DNA of 58,709 nt, the filler included, from Jimgerdemannia flammicorona (Eukaryota): NCBI GenBank assembly GCA_003990765.1. It is 3 parts of 3 records of this genome, joined end to end, with 100 filler letters (N's around TTAATTAATTAA, not from the genome) between each part and the next. Parts side by side here need not be neighbours in the genome. Positions count along the whole stretch, not along the records: positions 1 to 19,506 come from RBNJ01001924.1; positions 19,607 to 39,108 come from RBNJ01001925.1; 1 more part is not named here. One strand, 5' to 3'. Each line of letters begins with the position of its first letter. Within the stretch, counting starts at the first letter, position 1. Below, in pieces: positions 11,992 through 23,043 of the stretch. Both the position numbers and the translations under genes were made by a program. The notes under the pieces are model-generated. The model saw only the letters and a list, made by a program, of their open reading frames with translations, made no database searches and was not told the origin of the DNA.

Positions 11992-12421
11992 GTAGAAAGG
12001 CGTGTATAAGGGGAACGAACAAAGAACGTAACCGAAATTGCATCAGCCATTTATTGCCACGTAAAAACGCGGTCCTTATATATAAAATACGACGTCCCAA
12101 AGGGAGGACGAGCCACAACTCGGGGCGAACCGAATTAGAAACCACATGACCATCGGAGATAGGCAGAGATAAGAGGGGAGCCAATCCCAGTTGCAGGATA
12201 ATTATCACAAACAAATACAAACAAAACAAATCCAAATCGAGATTAAAAAACATCTGCAGACCCCGGAGGGGTGAGCGTGAGCGAGGGGTGAGGCCGAAAT
12301 GGAGCGAGCTGCAGCGAGCCCGAGCGAAGCGAGGGGCCGAAGGCAGCGGAGGGGAGCGGAGTAAGGCCGAGACCCCAGAGCGAGCGCGAGACCCCGGAGG
12401 GGGCAAGGATGTTTTTTAATC
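11920..12421 (-). repeat. PLE pseudo-LTR, 5' copy
   Basis: Direct repeat of 8445-8947; continues into ORF1. Confidence 0.95.
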
Positions 12422-12743
12422 TCGATTTGGATTTGTTTTGTTTGTGTTTGTTTGTGATTTTTATCCTGCAACTGGGATTGGCTCCCCTCTTATCTCCGCC
12501 TATCTCCAATGGTCATGTGGTTCCTAATTCGGTTTGCCCCGAGTTGTGGCACGTCCTCCCTTTTGGGACGTCATATTTTGTATATAAGGACCACATTTTT
12601 ATGTGGCAATAAATGGCTGATGCAATTTCGGTTACGTTCTTTGTTCGTCCCCCTTATACACGCCTTTCCACATGTCTTCTGTTCGCTTTGACACTGGCTC
12701 TGGGTTCGCTCCCATAGCTCCCGCTGGGCCTTCCTCCTCCTCT
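12408..12743 (+). repeat. Inverted partial pseudo-LTR
   Basis: Reverse complement of 11920-12254. Begins exactly at the 14-bp IR and ends at CCTTCCTCCTCCTCT. Confidence 0.95.
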
Positions 12744-13530
12744 TGTTGGCTTGGCTCATGAACTGCGTGCGATACATGATCCTTCTTCACCTCTTTCCAT
12801 CATGTTCTGGGCTGGGGATATCTTCTTTCGCCGATACATCAATGACTTTATCGTCCTTGCTGTTGCTGGTATTGATATCCCTAGTGTGTTTCGTAGTGTC
12901 TATCCTCCCCATCATTCTATTACTTGAGTGTGTGGTACGACCAGTATTCTCTTTTTGGACCTTTCCATTTCTCTTTCTCCTTTCCGAACTGTTGTTTATT
13001 CTCGTTTTCCACGTTCCCAACAGTTCCCTGACTTCTTGTCCAACCATCCTCGTCGCACTCTTCTTGAATATGTTCATGGTGAGGCTCATTGTCTTGCACT
13101 ATGCTGCTCCCATCGTTCTGACTGGGTGTCTGCTGTTCGGGTTCTTGGCAACTTTGTGGTCCATCGTCGTGCCTACCCAATTTCTATTGTTCGCGATCTG
13201 CTTGCTTCTGTTGAATGGTCTGTTGTTCGATCTTCCCTTCTCTCTCCCCTTTACCCCCCCTCCCTTCCCTCTCTCCCCCCTTACCCTCTCCGTACCCCCT
13301 CTTCTTTCCCACCCCCGATTCTCGTCGTACCATTTGATTGTGCTCGCTGGGTTGCTCAATGCCCTGATACCGTCCTGCGCTCTTCTCTTTCCCGCCATGG
13401 ACTTTCATCTCTTTCCCGACGCCCTCTGATTGCTTATTCGCATCTTCCTTCTGTTTCTTCTTTAATCCATCGCTCTCGTTTTGCGTTTTCATCACCTTCT
13501 GGTGCCTCCGGCTCTGCTGGAGAGGATTAA
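12741..13530 (+). pseudogene. 5'-truncated second copy of the PLE RT
   Basis: Reverse complement of ~8942-9732. YIDD is mutated to YIND and there is a TGG>TGA stop at 12925-12927. Confidence 0.95.
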
Positions 13531-14027
13531 AAAACATCCTTGCCCCCTCCGGGGTCTCACGCTCGCTCCGGGGTCTCGGCCTTACTCCGCTCCCCTCCGC
13601 TGCCTTCGGCCCCTCACTTCGCTCAGGCTTGCTGCGGCTCGCTCCGTTTCGGCCTCACCCCTCGCTCACGCTCACCCCTCCAGGGTCTGCAGATGTTTTT
13701 TAATCTCAATTTGGATTTGTTTTGTTTGTGTTTGTTTGTGATTTTTATCCTGCAACTGGGATTGGCTCCCCTCTTATCTCCGCCTATCTCCGGCAGTCAT
13801 GTGGTTCCTAATTCGGTTCGCCCCGAGTTGTGGCACGTCCTCCCTTTTGGGACGTCGTATTTTGTATATAAGGACCATGTTTTTACGTGGCAATAAACGG
13901 CTGATGCAATTTCGGTTACGTTCTTTGTTCATCCCCCTTATACACGCCTTTCCACATGTCTTCCGTTCGCTTTGACACTGGCTCTGGGTTCGCTCCCATG
14001 GCTCCCGCTGGGCCTTCCTCCTCCTCT
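13525..14027 (+). repeat. PLE pseudo-LTR, inverted 3' copy
   Basis: Reverse complement of 8445-8947. Confidence 0.95.
13860..13900 (+). promoter_or_regulatory. Candidate TATA box and AATAAA in the pLTR (present in all four copies)
   Basis: TATATAAG followed ~26 bp later by AATAAA, ~90 bp upstream of the ORF1 ATG, and preceded by the hairpin ACGTCC..GGACGT. Function is inferred. Confidence 0.45.
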
Positions 14028-17000
14028 GTGGTTTCTTCAGGCTTATCTGGCAAGTGAACCAAAAATGGACTCATTCTTTGTATCAGAAAGTGGACTGAAG
14101 TAGGAAAAGGAATGCTTTGCTCACAATCTCCTAGTAGTGGCTGTAGAGTTCCTCTCAAAGTGTGGTAGGCAGACTTGTCTTTTGCTTTTGGATTCAATTT
14201 TGGACTGAGGTTTATTCACTCTTGTCTCTGGGGTATTTTATACTGCTATCTGGATAATTATATATTTACCATCTCTGGTAATATTTGGGTATATCCACAG
14301 GACATGAGTGTGTCCACAGGACATAAGTGTGTCTGCCAGATACAGATATGTCCTCAGGATATAGATAAATAACCCCGATTTGGTATTCTGGCTAATTATA
14401 AGTATGGCAGTCATGAGTAACTATGCTATGCTGGGAATTCACATCATCTGACTATGTTATACTATTTGCTCACTATAGTATACTGTTCCTGAAGATATAT
14501 ATTAGATATATACATATGAATCAGCCTTATAATACTTAAATCTGTTATCTAAGAAATATTTGTTAATTTTTGATTCTACAGTCTTATGTACTACTTATTT
14601 GATACTATAGAGATATTTATGTATCTTATATATAAGCTTGTTTCTTTTATTGAATAATTCATATTCTTGTAATTGATATATATATAGCTCTATATCTACA
14701 TTGCCTTTCAAAATGGCTGTCTTAACATATATTTGGTAAATTTCATAATTATATTTAACTTTGATTGCAAGAAGTATTCAAAGTAAAGTAAGCTTAAATA
14801 CTAGAGAGAAGGTCTCATCATAGTCTATGCCATATTCTTGTAAATATCTCTTTTCTACAAATTAGGCTTTGTAATACTTTATATTACTATTACTATTATA
14901 TTTAACTTTATATATCCAGTGAGATCCTATTGCCTGTCAATTTGCCAGAAGAGAGACTAAATCTCATGTGTCATTCTCAATAAGTAAATTATATTCCTTA
15001 TCTATGGCCTTTTTTCACTCCTTTTTATTATCTAAATATATGACTTCATTATAGTTTGCTAGCTTATTAGTTATTGTTATATAAGTATACTTACAGATAT
15101 AGTTTATATGTATAATTTTTATAATAAAATATCTTAGGTTGGTCCCAATAATCTTCTAAATTCACTTTGACTTCATTTTAGGGTCTAGATTTACACTTTC
15201 TTTTACCCTTCAGAGAGATATCCTCATTATTATTCTTGTTTGTAATTTTCATAATTCTAGGCTCTAATAGCCTCATTAGTATATATATGGATTATGCTGG
15301 TGCTGATACTGGCTAGATACCATTCTGCTTATCTTTGAAGTTGACATAGTTGTTACTAGCTATACTATTGGGTTAGTTGAGATAGGAATCTTCATACAAA
15401 TTTCCTACTTAGTCTTCTTAAATTGAATATTATGAGAGATGACTATATAATATTTCTGCAGATTCTATAATCTATATACTGCTCCATCATATCTAAGGAG
15501 TATATGCTTATCTGCTTTAGGCTCAAATTTGTCTCTATTGATACCTTTATCCAAAATGTAAACCTTACTTCTGAATATCTATAGGTACAAAATATCTGAC
15601 TTAGCTCTACTTTATAATTCCTCAGAAGTAAGACTACTATTATTTCTAGATTACTGATTGTTTCTGTGATTATTTCTAGATCATTAATTGTTTTTGAATT
15701 ATCAATTATTCCTGGATTAATAATTGCTAGATCTGCTGAATCTACTGAAATCTTTGCTTATAGTTTGAGAAATATAATAATTTTGGATATATGTTATTAT
15801 ATTTACTACTTTGGTCCTAAAGGAGTACAATAGGTCAGCCATATGCATCATCATTCAAGCTATCTCTACTACTGTTTGATTAAAGCATTCTATCACACTG
15901 TTCTATTCAGATATATAGAGAGCTATTATAGAGTGCTGGATACTATACTTCTTCAAGAAATATCTAAAGACTTTGTTGAAATATTCCTTACTATTATCTG
16001 AGTATAAGATCTGTATCTTATATTACATTTTGTTCTCTACAGTTATATAGAATTCTCAGAAATTTTTGAATAACTCATTTTTTATTATAAGAAAGAATAT
16101 ATAGACTTTGCAAGTATAATTATCAATAAAGGTGATAAAATACTTCTTTCTAGAGTATATTACCATTTACATGAAGCCACAGATATCTGTATATATTATT
16201 TTGAGAATACTGACCACTTGCTTTGTCTATTTCTGAAATGGTTACTAAGAAGCCTCATTTGCTATATATCTATTGTAAAAGAAATTCAGAGATATATAGT
16301 CTTATAATTCTCTTACTGAACTACTTCTTATCATCTATTCTAGACTCATCTTGCTGATATGCCCTAAGAATTTATACTATATATACCAGAGATCCTCTCC
16401 AGTTATAGCAGAATATGTAAATGATGTACTACTTACTTAATATATTATTAATTGTATATAGGTTTCCCTTTTTTGATTTATATATTAACTTCTTATTATT
16501 CTTTAAATTAATTACTATTATACTATTCTGTTATATATTTACTCCTTTATCTCCTTGAGTGATCATCTGGTCTATTGAAAAGTAGTTCTTCCCTATATCT
16601 GAAGTATATAGTATATTAATGAAGGTATCTGAGAATTTATTAACTTTTCTATATAAATATATATCAATATTGCCCTTAACTTAAGTATAGATGATACTAT
16701 TATCATCTAGTTTGATAAGTGCTCAAACTTCTTATATGTAGAGAACTACTTCCAGTATACTATTATATACTATATTGCACCAGAATCTATAAGCCAGACT
16801 TCTTTACTATATATGTGAGTACTCAGTATATAGCTTATATTAGTACTGATACTTATGTTAATATTTTTTATCAATGTAAAAGTATTTCTCAAATTCACTC
16901 CCAAATCTCTCTCTGTATAAAGATAGATTACTGCTGTGAAAAATATATCTTAGTTGCTTTTATTATTATTGGTATCTATCATATTTGTCTACTCTTAACT

Positions 17001-17617
17001 GCTCTTTTCCTTCTTCTTTCAGTTACAGTCTTACTTGTGATGTCTATACTTATTATAGTAGAAGTATTTACTATCAAATTTAGCTCATTGACCATCATAG
17101 TGATCATCATATTGTTTTTACTCTCATTCTTTATTCAGCTTGCCTTTGTCTTGTCCACATACTCTGTAGAAGGGTTTCTCATTATTTTCATTGTCATTAT
17201 TGTCACTCAGCCTTATTTTCTCATTTAAAAGGCTCATGATGATATGCTTATAGTCTGATAGTTTGTCAGATTCTCTCATAGTGGTAACAACCATATGGTA
17301 TACCTCAGAAAGGCTATATGTGAGGGCTAGGACCTTGTCTTTATCCTTAATAGTATCTGCTAGTGTAGAAAAAGAATTCACTTGATTAATTAACTTATTG
17401 ACATAGTCAGCATAGTTCTGAATACTCTTCTTGAACTTTATTCAAAGATTACACAGTTGTGCTTTCAGATGAAATCTGTTTGATATAGATACTTATTAAT
17501 AGTGATTGCATAAGATCTCTCAGGCTTTATTCACTATCATAATATTGATAGTATATTTCATTTACATATTCAAATGGATAAATATAATCTCTCTTAGTGC
17601 TCTACAATTTTTCATAA

Positions 17618-18977
17618 TATAATAGTACCTGGCTCAATAGAGGCAAATTATAAGGTTGGGGGTTGATGTAGTTTGGCTTGAGCCCCCAGTTACTTTATTA
17701 AAAGCAACAAAATGTTCTTAGTGTTTAGTGGTATAATAGTCAAAGCTGGATATCTGTGAGCAGTTTCCTTATTTGGATGATTCTCTGAGTATAGCAGTGA
17801 TTTGTATGTCTTTTCCTTCTTGAGTCAACTGGAAATTGGTAGAATGTCATATATAGTGCAATGATCTCCTTATGTATAATGATCTAGTAATTTAGTGGTA
17901 TTTCTTCTTGAGTTGCAGGTGATCTCTGTATGATGATCTTCATGTAGCGCAACAATCTCCAAAAGTATGTAATTTCTAGCAGATAGCTTGATTTGGGTAC
18001 AGGTTTACTGGGAATAGAGGATGGTGCAGATTCTTCTAACTGGGAATAATGCTGGTAGCAGATAATTTAATAACTTGGACTCACTGGGAACAAATGAATA
18101 ACCTGGGTGATGTGGGTAACTCAGATAACTCAGATAACTCAGATGTCATAGATTCTTCCTGAATCAGTAGGCTTCTGGAAATAATAACTCAGGTGGTACA
18201 GATTCTTCCTGAATTGGCAGCTTCAACTGAGAATGTGGATAACTTGAAAATAGTGGATGATGTGAATTCTCCTGAATCAGTGGATTTCTTGAAAACAGTA
18301 GCTTCAACTGGGAATTAACTTGGATTCTTGACAAGTTACATCAAAGGCTGGCTTTGTTTGCACAGAGTTGCATTATAGACTGGCTCTACTGCGAAGTTGT
18401 GTCAGAAAGACTGGCTTGTGGCAAGAAAGGTAGGTTCTCTGAGAATGTGGTGAATAACTTGAAAATGGCAGCTTATTCCTTAAGTAGTAGATTACTTAAA
18501 TGGTAGTGAAGTTCTCCTTGAACTTGGTGGCAAACCTCAGGCTTATCTAGCAAGCAAACCAAAAACAGACTCATTCTTTGTATCAGAAAGTAGACTGGAG
18601 TGGAGAAATAAGCTCACAATCTCCTAGCAGTGGCTGTAGAGTTCCTCTCAAAGTGTGGTAGGCAGACTTGTCTTTTGCTTCAATTTTCAACCAAGGTTTA
18701 TTCACTCTTATCTTTGGGGTATTTTATACAAGTTGGTTGCTATCTGGTTGCTATGTGGCTAATAATAGATTTGCTACTTATGGCAAGTTGTGCAGGTCCA
18801 GCACAAGTGTGCAGGTCTGGTACAAGTGTACAGGTCCTGCACAGATATACCTTTTCTGGTAGTCTGGCTATTTATACACTTTTCTGCAGCAATGGTTGCT
18901 GTGTCTGGTTACTATGCTGTATGTTCACATTATCTGGCTAAGATATAATTTGGGTGGTATATTTTCAGTATGTCACA
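17618..18977 (-). mobile_element. Ty3/Gypsy-type solo LTR (copy A2) inserted in Copia gag
   Basis: Homologous to 7763-8444 plus 14028-14477. Termini TATAA(TGTAA)...TCACA; 4-bp TSD ATAA/ATAG; internal GATAACTCA microrepeats. Confidence 0.8.
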
Positions 18978-19326
18978 ATAGTATTATATTTCAATATTTA
19001 TATCTGTAACTTCCAGTAGTCCTCCAGACCACATTCTTTCAAGAGATTTGTTATATAATATACCCATATAGCATAATCCCTACTACTAAAGATAGTAATT
19101 ATCCTCTTTATCATTATTAGTACTACTGCAGAAATAGTTATAGTTGTGATTATCATATTAGGCACACTTATGCAGTCAGCACCCATTTTAAATCCTATTT
19201 TACTTAAACTACTTGGTAGGCTTATATTTGATATATTTATTAGGTTTGATATATTTATATAGTATAGTATATATATTAAAAAGGTGTCTTTGTTATCTGC
19301 TTTTACTAGTAGAGCTTATAATATTT

Positions 19327-19488
19327 TATTGTAGAATACTTGGAAGAGTAGAGAGAAGAGAGAGAGAGAGGTGTTGTTTATTGATACTAGCTTATATACC
19401 TTCATACATACTGATAATATTTATAAATAATAATATAGTTAAGTTGTACTACTATATATCAAGTTGCTATAACTAAGATATTTCAACA
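19327..19488 (-). repeat. Copia 5' LTR
   Basis: Direct repeat of 6273-6432; ends TTTCAACA on the plus strand. Confidence 0.9.
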
Positions 19489-19506
19489 GGGAGAAAGAGG
19501 GGGGGG

Positions 19507-19606
19507 NNNNNNNNNNNNNNNNNNNNNNNNNNNNNNNNNNNNNNNNNNNNTTAATTAATTAANNNNNNNNNNNNNNNNNNNNNNNNNNNNNNNNNNNNNN
19601 NNNNNN
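19507..19606. other. Artificial contig linker (N44-TTAATTAATTAA-N44)
   Basis: Exactly 100 bp with a six-frame stop core; identical to 39109-39208. Confidence 0.97.
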
Positions 19607-20039
19607 TTTTTTTTTATTTTTTTTTTTTTTTTTTTTTATTTTTTTTTTTTATTTTATATTTTTTATAAAATTTTAAAATTCTTAGAAATTTTTTTTTTTT
19701 TGACTTTATATTTATTAATAATTTGGAATTAACTTGCAGTGAGGTATGTAGTCCTGAGTTAAAATTTTATGTGGGTCAAATGTGATGAATTAGATATCAA
19801 TGAGTCAACTATAGCTAGTTAATTAGATTAGTTACTCCTATATAGAAAAAATATAAAACCCCACTCTCTTATATTAAAAAAAAAAATACAAAATCTCAAA
19901 TAAAAATGAGCAGGTTTTGTAGACCTTGAGATATCAGGAAAAAGTCACATCTAAGTAAGTTAAGTATATCTTAATAATCTATTAAAAATATATATCTTAA
20001 TAAGAGTTACATAGAATTATTTTCATTAAGATATATAAT

Positions 20040-20437
20040 TAATACTCTCAAATAAATTAAATCAATTCAAATTTAATTAAATTGAGGATCATTCAATTAA
20101 ATCAAATTGGAGATTTTTGAATTTAAATTGAATTTGAATTAAATTAAATTTGAATTGAATTGAGATCTAATTTGATTTAATTAAATTAAATTAAAGTCTT
20201 CAAATTTAAAATATAATAACTCAATGGAAATATATATGTTTAAATTTAATATTTTTTATTATACTAGATTCTTCATTATAAGATATATTGAACAAGTTAA
20301 AATTTATTAAATTTAGATATATTTTAATCAAGTTATTGAATTTTAAAAAATTAGATTTAAATTAGACTTTAAATTGAATTGAACCTTGATTCAATTTGAA
20401 TCAAATTGAATTAAGTCTTAATTCATTCTAAATACTA
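20040..20437. mobile_element. Foldback MITE, hAT-like
   Basis: Termini TAATACTC...AATACTA; 8-bp flanking duplication TATATAAT/TATATAAC; same arm motif (AAATTTAGATATATTTT..CAAGTTATTGA) as 3470-3843. Confidence 0.65.
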
Positions 20438-21599
20438 TATATAACTGAGATATACTAACTTCTATTATTATTTTTATACTTCTAAGATATGTAATAGTTA
20501 TATTAATAGTTTGATATAAATTTATGAAAAAATTATATTATAATAATATTTTTATAAAAAGTAAGAAATTTTAATAAAAATTTATTATAATAGTTCAATA
20601 TATACAAATATACAAATCTGCCATATTATATAGAATCTATAAATCTAGCAAATTTATCTCATTATATCAAATCTATCTAAATAGAAAATCACTAAAATTA
20701 TCTATACTATATGAACAGAACTTATATATATCAGATATTATTAAATATTATATTAATAAGTTACTAGAAATTCTAATGAAAATTTTTATAAAAATTTCAA
20801 TAAAAATTCTAACTAGTAGTTATAGATATCTTATATAGTATAACTATATATATATATCTAGTATACTATATTTAGCTATAGCCTTAAATATATATAAATA
20901 TTCTCTATATTAGTATACTGTAACCTTAGTCTAAAAGTAGAAGAAAGTAATAGTTAACTATCTAGTATATTTAGAAGAATATCTACTAAAAACTACTTAA
21001 TTCTTAAAGGTAGTATTTTAAATAAGCTAATTTAAATTAAATTTAAATTAGATTTAAGTTAATCTAGATAGATTTAGATAGCTAAATGAGCTAATTTAGA
21101 TTAATTCAAATTGATTTAAAATAGCTTATAGGTAGTATAATTTGAAAAAAAGAATATAATGTAATAATTAATACTTTTAAATAAATTAAATCAAATTGGA
21201 GATTTTTGTATTTGAATTAGATTTAAATTAAATATCAATTTAAGATTCTTGATAGCTTATTACATTATAAGATAATCAGTTCTTTATTTGAAAGATATAT
21301 TACTTAAACTATATGTATATAAAAATATATATATATATAACTGAAATTTACACCTAATCAAAATTTATATATAACCAATATATATTTTTGAAATTCTTAT
21401 ATATATATAACTCTGGTTCTGGTTTTGATCTTAGTTATATCTAGTTATAGTAATAGCTATCTAATAAGTATTATTATATGATCTCTTTCTTAGCAGAAAA
21501 TCTAAGATTAATAAATTAAGTTATTGACAGATTATAATATAGTTTTCTATATTTTCTATAATTTTTGTAACTTATATAAGATCAATCTTTGGTTTTTAG

Positions 21600-21910
21600 A
21601 GTAGTGACTTAAGTAATAGTAGTAGCTTAGACTTAGATAGTAGCTTAGGCTTAGATAGCAGCTTAGATAATAGCTTGGGTAGTAGTGATGACTTGGGCAG
21701 TAGTAGTGACTTGGGCTTAGGCTTGGACAACAACTTAGGCTTAGATAATAGCTTGGGCTTAAGTGGTAGCTTGGGTTAAAGCAGTAGCTTAGGCTTGAGT
21801 GATAACTTGGGCTTAAGTGGTAGCTTAGACTTAAGTAGTGGCTTTAGGTGTCTTAAGAGTAGAGGCTTTAGGAGTAGTCTGAGGAGTGGCTTCAAGAGTA
21901 GTCTTTGAGA
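21600..21910 (-). repeat. Eroded Pro/Lys-rich coding-type microrepeat
   Basis: Minus strand reads KPKLSLKPKLLL.., consistent with a (KPKPPP)n tract after C>T erosion. Confidence 0.5.
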
Positions 21911-22139
21911 TAAATTACTTAATTGTTTCTTTAATCTTCTTCTTCTTCTTCTTATATTTATCATCAGTCTTAGGTTCTTCATTATCCAATCAGATAACAA
22001 TCTTGTTGATAGTATTATTTATATTCTCAATAACTCTAGAAAGATGATTGATATAGAATTAAAGTTTTTTATAAGGTGAGGTTATTTTTTGTTTTTTGTT
22101 TTATTTTTTATTATTAAAATCAGCTTATTTATATATATT

Positions 22140-22590
22140 TTATCTATACTTATTATAATATCTGAAGCTCTTAGCTTATGCTTATTGCTTGTAGACTTAT
22201 GGACTTATATTTATAAGCTTATACTTATAAGCTTATACTTATTGCAATATTCAAAACTCATAGCTTATACTTATTACTTATAGAATTATAGGCTTTTGGG
22301 CTTATGCTTATTATAATATTCAAAGCTCTCAGTTTATACTTATTACTTATAGGATTATGAGCTTATACTTATTATAATATTCAAAGCTCTTAGCTTATAC
22401 TTATTGTTTATAAGATTGCAGACTTGTAGACTTATATTTGTTATAATATTTAAAGCTCTTGGCTTATACTTATTGCTTATAAAATTGCAGGCTTACAGGC
22501 TTATACTTGTTGTAATATTTGAAGCTTTTGGCTTATATTTATTACTTACAAGCTTGTAAACTTGTAAGCTTATAAGTATAAGCATTTCAA
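22140..22590. repeat. Degenerate tandem array, ~55-70 bp units, ~7 copies
   Basis: Recurrent ATACTTATTATAATATTCAAAGCTCTTAGCTTATACTTATTGCTT with internal GCTTAT sub-repeats. Confidence 0.85.
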
Positions 22591-23043
22591 ATATAGTAAT
22601 TAAGTATATATAATATATTCTTAAGCTTTGAATATATTATATTATTTATACTGCTTATTATCTATTCCTAGTATTTCTGGACAGATATAATAATATCTTA
22701 CTCATCTTGTTAAAACTAGAAATAATTGAAATTATATTTAAATATGACAATTAGATATATATTCAGAAATTATATTCAGATATAATATATCTATAAGTTC
22801 TGAGTTATACTTATATTATAATACTCAAGTACTATATTTATTTAGTATTTCAAAATTTAACTATATTTTGAGATTTAAGATTAGCTATTGTTATTGAAAT
22901 ATTAAACTGATTACTATATCTTTAAATATATATATTTATGAATTATTTCAGAGTCTAAAGTATCTCTTTTAGCTACTATAAAATCTTTATCACTTGAAAA
23001 AACCCTTTTAACTAGAGTACTTATTACTAGAATAGCTAAGTAG

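Larger units (their letters stand above)
8445..14027. mobile_element. Penelope-like retroelement without endonuclease (Athena/Coprina-type): full copy on minus strand plus inverted partial copies on plus strand
   Basis: RT ORF with PLE-diagnostic motifs. ~503-bp pseudo-LTR units at 8445-8947(-), 11920-12421(-) and 13525-14027(+), plus a partial unit at 12408-12743(+). GC/CpG-rich compared with the flanks. Confidence 0.92.
7763..14477 (-). mobile_element. Ty3/Gypsy-type solo LTR (copy A1), split by the Penelope-like element into 7763-8444 and 14028-14477
   Basis: Starts TGTAA and ends CTATA (eroded CA). 4-bp TSD GTAT (7759-7762, 14478-14481); removing it restores the Copia RT frame. Minus strand has TATAAAATA...GAGTGAATAAACCTCAG (~14205-14242), matching the TATA/polyA block of the LTR at 45660-45698. 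Second copy at 17618-18977. Confidence 0.85.
6273..19488 (-). mobile_element. Full-length but degenerate Ty1/Copia LTR retrotransposon, host of nested insertions
   Basis: Direct ~160-bp LTRs at 6273-6432 and 19327-19488 (minus strand begins TGTTGAAA). 5-bp TSD GAGAG/GGGAG. Minus-strand order is gag (19186-17124), integrase (YTDICGFM ~16180; YSDNSKEY ~15990), RT (YEIYQIYVKTAI ~14730; GTVY|LGIWVNNI split across 14480/7760), then RNase H to ~6600. Confidence 0.9.

Noticed and set aside
12255..12407. Parvovirus/AAV-like ITR with Rep-binding GAGC repeats
   Set aside because: The resemblance is superficial. There is no HUH/Rep or capsid gene, and the module is integral to the pLTR.
13895..13925. 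Hammerhead ribozyme in the pLTR (CTGATG...)
   Set aside because: The core reads CTGATGC rather than CTGANGA and is followed by TTTCG, not GAAA. I found no canonical hammerhead by eye on either strand; a variant cannot be excluded without a motif search.
16719..17228. 169-aa hydrophobic plus-strand ORF as a membrane protein
   Set aside because: Antisense to eroded Copia gag/protease; the hydrophobicity follows from AT bias.
19300..19326. Copia primer-binding site (minus-strand TATTATAAGCTCT resembling GGTTATGAGCCC)
   Set aside because: Too eroded to call as a feature.
19551..19562. TTAATTAATTAA palindrome as a biological site
   Set aside because: Core of an artificial assembly linker.
22140..22590. 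CRISPR-like array
   Set aside because: Degenerate tandem units with no unique spacers, eukaryotic context, no cas genes.
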